Shown here: one piece after another, positions 22,807 through 32,000 of the stretch
Position numbering within the stretch: the first letter of the stretch is position 1
How the letters are laid out: every line of letters starts with the position of its first letter
Assembly: GCF_000400465.1 (NCBI RefSeq)
Contig: NW_008806279.1
Span: 236,107 to 268,106 of the forward strand
Direction of reading: 5' to 3'
DNA from: Wallemia ichthyophaga EXF-994
Taxonomy: Eukaryota; Fungi; Basidiomycota
DNA length: 32,000 bases
Program-made: the position numbers and the translations under genes
Notes under the pieces: generated by a model
Told to the model about the DNA's origin: nothing
Database searches by the model: none
What the model saw: only the letters and a program-made list of their open reading frames with translations

Positions 22807-24136
22807 CTAAAGTCTAGCTTGCGATAACTTTGCTCGCAATTCATCCTCACCGCGCTTAGCGTTACTTTCAAACTTGTTAATCTGCGTTTCACCCGTTTGA
22901 CGCATTTTGTTAGCCTCGTCTGTGACACACTTCCGTATATACTCCGCTAAAGTAAGAGTCCTGTCGTTGTTCTGTCCGCTGTTATCTGCGCTGATTTCAT
23001 CCGTTTCCTCAGTTTCTTTATTGACAACCTCCTTCAATCGACTTGGTGATTTGTTCATCTGGTTAAGCGCGTTTCGCGATGACCTAACTCCATTACTATT
23101 GCTCAGTTCAGGGAATGGTGATAATTTTGTCGTGGGATCAGTTTTCTTGTCTTCTTTTGGTGTTGGCGGTAGTGGTTTCTTTGGACTCTCTACAACATCT
23201 TCCAGCTGTGTCGGTTTCGTTGACAATTTCTTCTGCTGTGACACTGTCCTTGATGTTGTCCTCCGCGATGGCGGCTGTCTCGGCTGTGCGAGCTGTTGGA
23301 ACTCCTCGGGTTGTCTCGACTGTGAGCGTGTGCGCGTACCTCTCTTGGGCAATTTCATCTCGCTTTCATCATTGTCGGTAGCTAATGAAGCGCTTCTCGA
23401 TGTAGATTTGCCCTTTGTCTTCCTCCCTCCTTTCGCTGCTGGCTCCGGCTCTACCCCCGTGGTATCTATCTTGGTATCTGTGATTTTAGGTTGAGGGCAA
23501 GTCCCTTTGACTGATTTCGCGTCGAAAAATGAGCATTGTGGCGATCTGTTCTTGTGTTCTTCATTTGGATCATCGCCTTTCTGCCAGTCTGAAAGACTTA
23601 GATCGCAGAGTACGCACTGGCAGCAATCAAACGCTTCGGTAGTAGGTGCATAAGAGAATCCGGCAAGTGAGAGCTGTAGTGTGTTAACAAAACTGGAATT
23701 GACTTGAGAAGAAAACAAATCACACCTTATGTACAGATACAACGAGTGGTCGTACACATTTCACAAATGTCTGTTTACGGGCGTCGATCATCGGTCTACT
23801 ACGTGGAACACGACCATTCTGAAGAGGTTCGTCTTCGTAGTAGTTGCGTCTATCCCGTCCAGCGTCTATATCGCCCCATATGAGTGCATCAACATGCACA
23901 CCACAAACCACTTTAGCGTACGGACATTGAGGAGCGAAATCAATATGCAACCTGTGTGGATTATCATCAGGTTTCCAATCACGTAGTTGAAGCTCGCAGT
24001 ACGCGCAATGAACATTATCAGACTTTGAATCCATTGCGTAGAAACCCGCTTTCGATAATTCTTCGATATCGAGATGCAGTGTATTTCTATGATACGCTCT
24101 ATTATAGCTCTTTAAGCGATTCGTCTGGATTTCCAT
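22807..24136 (-). CDS. BIR1: Survivin-like chromosomal passenger protein with two BIR domains
   Basis: BIR1: AGFY..DNVHCAYCELQLRDWKPDDNPHRLH..FAPQCPYA. BIR2: AGFSYAP..CCQCVLCDLSLSDWQKGDDPNEEHKNRSPQCSFF. C-terminal coiled coil. Intron boundary near 23670-23760 has two in-frame alternatives. Confidence 0.9.
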
Positions 24137-24215
24137 TTCTGCGTAATTTGGTTTGCGTTGGGTGCGCTGCCGTGGTGGTGGTGGTTGAAACTATTACAGT
24201 GAGCATATCGTTCAG

Positions 24216-24235
24216 ACGCGTGATTGAAAACGCGT
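24216..24235. promoter_or_regulatory. Two MluI cell-cycle boxes (ACGCGT) upstream of BIR1
   Basis: ACGCGT at 24216-24221 and 24230-24235, 80-99 bp upstream of the BIR1 ATG. Confidence 0.6.
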
Positions 24236-24784
24236 TTAGTAGATTTAATGAAATATTATAGCTCTGCAGATCTTTAGGGGTTGGCTTGTCGACTTTGGCG
24301 TGTTGTCCGAATCCGTTTGACTTTGAGTGAAGTCATCAGAAGCAGCTTTTTGGCAGAGACGGTTGGAGATGGATAGAAACGGTGACATATACGCGCACTT
24401 TCCGGCCATTTGATCTGCTTGATCGCATCTGCTTGATCGCCTCGCTCTATCCGCATAAGCGAATTCATCTGCTGCATTTTTTGAGCAGCGAATACATCCA
24501 AATAGAGTTCTGGAGGTGTTTGCGCGCAACCACAGGCCCGCGCATCTCCAGCCTCATTCTCCTCGTGCTTCTGTGCCTCAAAAAAGGTGACGCATCCATC
24601 ACGCACCAAGAAGCCAACCGAAGCAGCCTAAAGGCTCCAATATACCCTCACCCACAGCTCACAAGAACATCACAAAATTTCTGCTCCTTTTACCTCGTTA
24701 AGCCTCTTTCTTTACCACACCCAACATTCACTGTAATTCTACCACCCAGAAACCCACAGCCAGGAATACTGACACAATTCACAG

Positions 24785-26271
24785 ATGTTTAGACAACAAG
24801 CCAGCAGAGTTTTCGCTCAAGTGAGATTACCGCGCAGCTGCATCCACTCCGTCATTGACCGATCCATCAGACATCAAGTGCCAGATCTGCCGTCGCACAG
24901 CAGAAGAGATGTTTATCTATCCACGAGTACGCTGCTCAAGCCATGCTCGCCAATGGCCAAGTCAACACACCAAAATCTATCCCTGCTTTCAGCGCTGAGG
25001 AGGCTTTGGCTGCTGCAAAGAAGTTTGACAAGAACGAGCTCGTAATCAAGGTGCGTGTGGCTGCTCGTCGCGGCTTATCCGTCTAATGTACACACCAGGC
25101 TCAAGTTCTCGCTGGTGGTCGTGGTAAGGGTCACTTCAGCAACGGTCTCCAATCTGGTGTCCATCTCATCGATTCGTGCGTTTTTCTCATTTATTTTGGC
25201 CAATTCACTCGTCTAACCACCCAATCACCCCCACAGTCCTGAAAAAGCTCAAGAACTCGCTTCAAAGATGATCGGAGCCAAGCTCATCACTAAGCAAACG
25301 GGTGAAGCTGGTAAGCTCTGCTCAGCAGTTATGCTCGCTGAGCGTCGCACTCCAAAGAAGGAATACTACGCCGCTATCCTCAACGATCGCTCTTCTCTCG
25401 GTCCAGTCCTCGTCGCCTCCTCAGAAGGTGGTATGTCTATAGAAGAGGTCGCCAGAGACACCCCAGAAAAGATTGTCAAAACTCCAATCGATTTCCAAAA
25501 TGGCTTGTCACAAGCTGAAGCTTTGGATGTCGCTAAGAAGTTAGGCTTCTCTACCGAAGATGCTATCAAGCAAGCCGCCGGTATCTTCCAAAACCTCTAC
25601 AAGATCTTCAAGGAGAAGGACATGACACAAATTGAAATCAACCCTCTCGCTGAGACTGAGGATGGTGCTGTTTTGGCCATGGATGCCAAGTTCGGATTCG
25701 ACGAGAACGCTGAGTTCCGTCAAGAGGAAGTGTTTAAGCTCCGTGACACAACACAGGAAGACCCACAAGAAGTCGAAGCTGCTGAGCACGGTCTCAACTT
25801 TATCAAGCTTGATGGTAACATTGGATGTCTTGTCAACGGTGCTGGTCTTGCCATGGCAACCATGGATGTCCTCACTCATCAGGGCGGTAGTCCTGCCAAC
25901 TTCCGTGGGTTGGTTAGTTGTTGCTTGTCCTCTATACTAACTTTTACCCAGTTGACGTTGGTGGTTCAGCTACCCCAGCAGCAGTTAAGAAGGCATTCGA
26001 ACTCCTCTTGACTGAGAAGTCAGTACGTGCAATCTACGTAAATGTATTTGGTGGTATCATGCGTTGTGATATGATTGCTGAAGGTATCATCAAAGCCACT
26101 AAAGAACTTGACTTGAAGGTACCTTTAGTCGTACGTCTCCAAGGTACTAAGTCGGAAGAAGCCAGAAAACTCATCTCGGAATCTGGACTCAAAATCTTTG
26201 CTACTACTGGTCTTGACGAGGGTGCAAGACTTTCTGTTCAAAAAGCCAATGAATATGCCGCATCAAACTAA
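24785..26271 (+). CDS. LSC2: Succinyl-CoA ligase beta subunit, mitochondrial
   Basis: MFRQQASRVFAQ presequence; LSIHEY, VIK|AQVLAGGRGKGHF, QIEINPLAE, MDAKFGFDENAEFRQ, GNIGCLVNGAGLAMATMD, NVFGGIMRCD. Four short introns. Confidence 0.97.
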
Positions 26272-26617
26272 ATTCTTGTAGACGAACCTAATCAATAACT
26301 ATTTCCTTTCAACATAGGCTGCATAATACACAATATACAATGCACAATAAACACACAAGAGACTTGCAAGTATAAGCGCTAATGAAAAATGAATGATGTT
26401 CAATAACACAATTCAGTTGGACGCAAGTTGCGAAGAAACTGAGATAAAATATACTTTGGGAAGTGAGTAGTACGTAGATCAATCCATGATCTCGAATTGC
26501 AAACGAGCTGAGAAATTCCTTTTATATGAGATTTTCTTGAATATTGAGGAAGGCTGTTTCGAAGAGCGACAGCCTGTCTATATAGTGTGATCAACACACA
26601 TTGCAATCATATGGCGT

Positions 26618-27025
26618 TTAGTTGAAGCTGAAGGTAACTGGAGCAACACCCTCAGATTGTGAGATACCGAGGGACTCGAAAACCTTTGGAAGGAGGTCGA
26701 TGTGGTTGCTTTCACAGCTTGGACAGCAATCGACGACTGGCGCCGAGACTGTCTGACCGTTGCTTTCAATTTGGACATTCTGGCCACTGAGTCGAAAGTG
26801 AGTGGATATAAAGAATGTACTGCTGTTAGCTTACCACATGCTTGTGCAACCCATGTTCGAGCTCACTGCAACTCCCATTTGTGAGTTGCTGAGCTGCTGT
26901 CCACATGATCCAGTGCCGCCGTTGGCTTGGTAGAATGTTGCTTGGCCGCTGTTCTGACGTGCGACAGGAGAAGCAGCTGCACCAGCAGCAATTGCGACAA
27001 CAGTAGCGATTTGTGTGAAGTACAT
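26618..27025 (-). CDS. Small secreted expansin-like/RlpA double-psi beta-barrel protein (119 aa), paralog A
   Basis: Signal peptide MYFTQIATVVAIAAGAAA; GQATFY..GGTGSCG; intron 26834-26787; VSAPVVDCCPSCESNHIDLLPKVFESLG; TAA at 26620-26618. Confidence 0.88.
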
Positions 27026-27789
27026 ATCTGCACGCCGTTAGCAATACCATGCAGCATGTGTGGCTCACCCACTTATTGTTTAGAGAGTGTTGTAAACTTG
27101 CGTCTGGCGCTTAAAAAAAGATTGAGTTGTAGCTAAAGAAGAAGGAGTTATTCACAGCTCTCTTATTTATTTGCCAGATTTTCGAGACTTCTTGACGTTG
27201 TGATTCAGATCAACTGAGTCGAGAAGCTACCGGCTGCGTGTGACAGCCGGAGCGGATGATCTTTGTTAGGTGAGCCGTTTGCCAGCTTAGCTTGCATTGC
27301 AGCCGTAGCTCAACACCATACCGTCTATGTTCCTCTCGTTGCATTTGTTCGTTAAGGTACCTTTTGTGGGGCAAGCTGCAAACTTTATGTGTGCTTTGGG
27401 TGCGCATTTGAGATACTTTATTGTATGTTATATTCATGCAGTACAATTAATTTCATTTTGGCCTCATATTGTCGCTCTTGCAGCTTAGCTGTCTGTGTAA
27501 TATATGGATCCAGAACTGCTTCCGCCAGCCACGGGCATCCGTCAACTATACTAACGATTCTTAGAACTTTCTAACAAGCAACTCAAAATCGCCGCTTACC
27601 GGGATTATTCATCGAACAGTCGACGGCTCTGTCTCACATTGCGGCCGCAAGCACACGCAATGAGTAATTGAGACATTGTATCATTGTCGCAGTATGCAAA
27701 ATGTTTATAAGACTTTACGCATAAAAACGCAGTCTTTCGAATTTTCATGGCATTTTAGGTAGCACATAAAAGTCAAAAGGTTGCTGAAC

Positions 27790-27800
27790 AAAAAAGAAAA
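27790..27800 (-). terminator. RNA polymerase III oligo-T terminator of tRNA-Ile
   Basis: TTTTCTTTTTT on the minus strand, 5 nt after the tRNA 3' end. Confidence 0.8.
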
Positions 27801-27804
27801 GAAT

Positions 27805-27885
27805 TGGTCCCTGCAGGGCTCGAACCTGCGACTTTGGAGTGATCTAATATTAGCTCCACACTCTAACCAACTGAGTTAAGAGACC
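27805..27885 (-). tRNA. trnI-AAT: tRNA-Ile(AAT) with a 7-nt intron at the canonical 37/38 position
   Basis: Cloverleaf: GGTCTCT/AGGGACC acceptor stem, ACTC/GAGT D-stem, TGGAG/CTCCA anticodon stem, GCAGG-TTCGAGC-CCTGC T-arm. Loop CT-AAT-A-[TTAGATC]-A. Confidence 0.95.
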
Positions 27886-28284
27886 TGTGCAAACTCTTGG
27901 TTCATACTTAAATATAAACTATCACACAAAATAAATGAGCTTGTATTCATTCAATGTCGATTTCATAAGGACTTTTGCATATTTTTTTTTTTGGATATTC
28001 TATTTTCAAAAAGCAGCTATAATGAAATTAGGCAGCCATTCAGGTTCTCGAGCAAGAAAAGCGTGGACATTGTTAGTTAAATACTGCTACTTATGAAGCA
28101 AATGATTCGATCATCAGAAGCAGCGCAGGGGGGGGTGGGCGGTAAGAAGGCATATAGATAGACGAATATTATTAATTACTGTAACGCTTTTGACTATATA
28201 TTATGATTTCTATCTATCTATCGGCAAGATGGCGGTAAGAAGGTGATAGGAGGTCTTACGAAGTAATTCGTGCACTAAATGCAG

Positions 28285-29362
28285 TCCAAAAGTATTCTTT
28301 CAGCCACTGGGACTCTTCAGGGAAATATTTATCGCATTGAATTGTAAACACTCTATACTTCCCGCGACTCACTTCCTTATCTGCAGTGATGATCAGAATC
28401 AGCAAATTTCAGACGTTGCCCCTGGGGCTCATATCTGCGAAAACTAAATTTCTTTTTGGCTGGGATAGTGGCTCAATTAGCCTCATTTGTGCAGGTTTCT
28501 TCGACTTCATATTATACGATCTTCACCTCAGTGGGCCGCTAACCAAGGTTAATCAAACCATCTCAAGAAAGGAAATTGATTTCATGTAAAAAATTGAGTA
28601 AGATCCTTTTCCAATCTGAAGAAATTTGAGGACCGTAACGATGAGAAAGATCTGATCGTTTGTAAAGGCGGGTTCTCGATACTAATGAGGAAAAATTCTA
28701 CTCCGAAATGTTAGTCTGCGGTCTTGTTTTCCTGCTTTGAAAACGCTGTGTTTTGACTTTGGCATGGTATCGTTGGATGACGAGAACTCGGCGACATTGA
28801 TCTCTTGAACTGAATGTACACACAAATTAGGCAAAACAATGGTGTTTAATAATTGGTCCTACATGGTCCAGGATCAATACTTGATTCATATTGAGAAATT
28901 GTTTGACCAGCATGAAGACGGTACAGTAGTGTTCTGGGAAGATAGTGGCACACTCTCTAAGAGTATGACTCCTCTTTGTCCCCATTGCAAAATGGTGCCG
29001 TAGTCTATTCTAAGTCTCCATTCAGAGGTAACAAGACAACGATATAGCCTCATCTTAATGGCTTAAGAACACTTACGCAAGTCGATGTAGATGCGATGTG
29101 GTTGAAACGCAGAGCCTTACTTCGGGAAAGCGATTTCAGAAGTGAGACATGTCCGCAGAGCGCGCAACCTCGAGTACGATCTCTGAAGGCTTCGCCTCCG
29201 CCTCCATGTCAATTGCCACAGCCGATGCGCACATTGCGCCCTCGCAAATCGAAGACAGCGTACACGTCCAGAGTTGAGGAAGATAGTGAGGATGAGGTAA
29301 TTGAACAAGATAATTAAGGCTCAGAATACACTGGTGGAAGTGACTATGAGAAAGAAAATTGA
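28285..29362 (+). pseudogene. Probable decayed multi-exon gene remnant, unidentified
   Basis: Short frames bounded by intron-like signals (SKSILSATGTLQGNIYRIEF|DDQNQQ..; 54-aa ORF 28839-29003 with CPHC). An acidic tail continues across a stop codon (EEDSEDEVIEQDN*GSEYTGGSDYEKEN*). Confidence 0.3.
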
Positions 29363-29914
29363 ATGAGGCTTTCGAAACTTACCTCTCTGCATTATTTTTT
29401 TACTCTTTGATAAAGCGCATCAATGGTACCTAAATTTTTAAGCGCAATAATGTATCATTAAGCAATGGATCTTTGAACTCTTCAGCTTGTTTAATCTAAT
29501 ACTTCCGTAATTACCTGCTTGCGTGTCTTCTCACTTTCCAAATTGGGCTTTACATACGGCGTCTATTACCAACATCCAAATCCGTATGCTGTATACCCGC
29601 TCGGAAACAAGTAAATTAATTACTAGATTCAATTAGCACTAGCGAAGACAATATACATATGACGTTCTGATCATCTCTGTGATGCATTGTCTGCTTTTGA
29701 GCTATCATTGGCGCTGGTTTAGGAGATGTATGCCTTTGATTTTTCCAAATATCTTAATTGGGCCTTAGAACATTCCATGTATCTAATATAAGTGGAATCA
29801 TTAATTATACTCTTCTGTGCAAACAGTCTCTTCAGATCATTGTCTTAGGTTAAATCCAGTGCGTATGTATGCTACTTAAGAGTTTATCAGGCTCACTATC
29901 GTTGCTTCAAAGAT

Positions 29915-30353
29915 ATGCAGTTTGCACATATTATCACAATTGCAGGGTTGGCTGCTGGAGTTATCGCTGCTCCTGTCAATGGGCAAAAAGCAACGTTTTA
30001 CAATGTGAGTATACGTACTGCCTTTTTCCTGTCTAAACAAACGCATCAGGCCTCTGTTGGAATTGGTGCATGTGGAAGACAACTTGACGAGTCCGACATG
30101 GGTGTGGCTTTGAGCACTGAAATGAACTGCAAAGCGTTTTGGTAAGTCTTTCCGAAAAATTGAAGCCTCCAATTAAAATTCAAATGAAAGCGGAATGAAT
30201 GTCGAAATCAATAGCAATGGGAACACAATTTCAGCACCTGTTGTCGATTGCTGCCCGGGTTGCAACAGTGATCACATAGACGTAACCCCAAATATCTTTG
30301 AGTCTCTTAATATCCCCAAGTCTGAGGGTGTCGCAGATGTCTCATTTTTTCTA
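29915..30353 (+). CDS. Small secreted expansin-like/RlpA double-psi beta-barrel protein (114 aa), paralog B
   Basis: Signal peptide MQFAHIITIAGLAAGVIA; KATFYN|ASVGIGACG (intron 30005-30049); KAFC|G (intron 30142-30190); ISAPVVDCCPGCNSDHIDVTPNIFESL; TAG at 30351-30353. Confidence 0.88.
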
Positions 30354-32000
30354 GGCTAACTGGAAATGACGTTCTCTTTCTAGCAAATCACTTGCGCAAT
30401 AGAAGACGACCATCCGCAGACCATCTCCATCTTTACCAGGAAAAGAGTAAAGCGAGTTAACAAAGCATCAGATTGGAATGCTATGTTTCCTAAAAACTTT
30501 GTGCAATACACATTTATGCAGAATACGCGTTGAGAAAACAATGACTGCTTGGCAAGATGTGTTTACAAGAAGCCCCCTCGGAAATTGCGGATGCATCTAT
30601 TTGTTTTTTAACCTGTTTCTACATTTTCCATTTCGCACCATACGCCGTCCTCGTCATCCATTGTTCGCAATGTCCCAAACCATCGAGTATAATTCTATAG
30701 ACTCTTAACAAAAAAGCCCAATGTATTTGCCAGTCTTATTCACGCCAAATCCATCTTCTTCCCTGATCTGGAACCAAGGAATGGCATGTTTGAATCCAAG
30801 CTGAGTGTTAGTGGTGCGAATATGGCCAATTCTGATAACTATCTGTAACAATGAATATTTGAGAGTTATATAGCTGTGTACGATATATGAGGCGTTGTGC
30901 AGAGCCCTAATCACCCTCAAGAAGCTCTGATACCTAGTAAAGTCATCTCATAAGCCAATTAATGTCCCAAAAATGGAAGTCTGCATTTAAATGCTTCTGA
31001 GAGTCTAAAGCATCCTCAATCACTCCTCTACCCCCATCATTTGAAATCTTGAAATGCACACTGTTCAGAAGCCAAACTCCCAATTTCAGAGTTGGCCTGA
31101 CCCCCACTTTTCTTTACATGAATTGCATCTAATTGGTATGCTACGATCGCATGTATAGTACTTTTTTCCTTGGAGCTAGCATTAAGTCCTGTGGACGCTA
31201 CTTTTCAGAAAACATAAATCGCGTCTAAAAGGATGAATCCGTGAAATATTGGGAGCTGGTCTTTATCGGCTAGCCATACTTGTTTTTATCAGTGATGCAT
31301 GTACAATACTCCATATCTACCCTTAAGCGTGCTCCAGAGCCATTTCAGATTAAAACTTCCAAACAGCCTACAGGGCGCCATTGGTACCTCAGAGATAAAA
31401 TTCTGGCTTAATCTTAAAAAGATCATTCAGAAGTATATTTAAAGCCTTTTTAATTGGATATTAACAATACTCGTAAATCAGCCATCTGAGATGAAATAGG
31501 TATTAGTCGGGAAATCCAACTCGGTGGGAATTGAGCAGAGGACTGATATGCAGACGTATTTGTAATTATGAAGATACTATGGAAATTATGGTGTTGCTGA
31601 ATCTTTCAAATTGTCAGTACACAGTATCCCTGTATCCGTCTTCTCACTTGCTTGGTTTTTCAGGGTACTTCGAGCAGATATTATTAATAGAATAACCGAT
31701 TAATGTTTCAAGTGTTCAATAGTTTCAAAAAAAAGTAGCTAACGTACCCTTTAAAGTCATTAACACATCTTGAAGTCATCACAGTGACATAGAGCCGAGT
31801 CGTAAATTTGGTGGTGCGGTGCAACCATAATATTGAGCATCACAATAAAATATATAAAGTATTACGAGAAAAGTTATCAAAAAGGTAAACATTCAATGAA
31901 AAAGTACAAATTATCCGAGTGATATCATCGACTCTGTGCGCACCTTAAACAAGTGGAATTGGAGAGCAGTTGATGTTGATGAGACCGTTTTGGGTGGTAC

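Noticed and set aside
30400-31800. Short ORFs 30478-30708 (+) and 30705-30920 (-); possible transposon or LTR
   Set aside because: No recognisable transposase, RT or integrase motifs, no TG..CA LTR pair, and no terminal repeats were seen.

Overview
Eukaryotic, gene-dense fungal DNA with short (about 44-61 nt) spliceosomal introns carrying CTAAC/CTRAY-type branch points and tiny intergenic gaps. Gene content and compaction suggest a basidiomycete, Wallemia-like (inference, not verified). Positions 1-26.3 kb are tightly packed housekeeping and regulatory genes: JSN1/PUF1-like 3' end, EHD3/HIBCH, RSC9-like, pacC/RIM101, a C2H2-like orphan, KRR1, several hypothetical proteins, PUF3-like Pumilio, a WW-domain protein, UNC-50/GMH1, a LURP/tubby-like protein, cytosolic ProRS, ATG18, BIR1 and LSC2. 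After 26.3 kb the sequence is more AT-rich and gene-poor. It holds two divergent paralogous secreted expansin-like (DPBB) genes flanking an intron-containing tRNA-Ile(AAT) and decayed ORF remnants. Most notable: (1) three PacC sites just upstream of pacC itself, plus a likely ATG-only first exon with a GC-AG intron; (2) an unannotated structured, apparently spliced minus-strand locus between ProRS and ATG18; (3) the expansin pair sharing a 5'UTR intron that ends 2 nt before the ATG; (4) a 7-nt tRNA intron; (5) two convergent genes whose stop codons interlock in one CTAG. Exon models were built by hand from the sequence; family assignments come from recalled motifs, not database searches.
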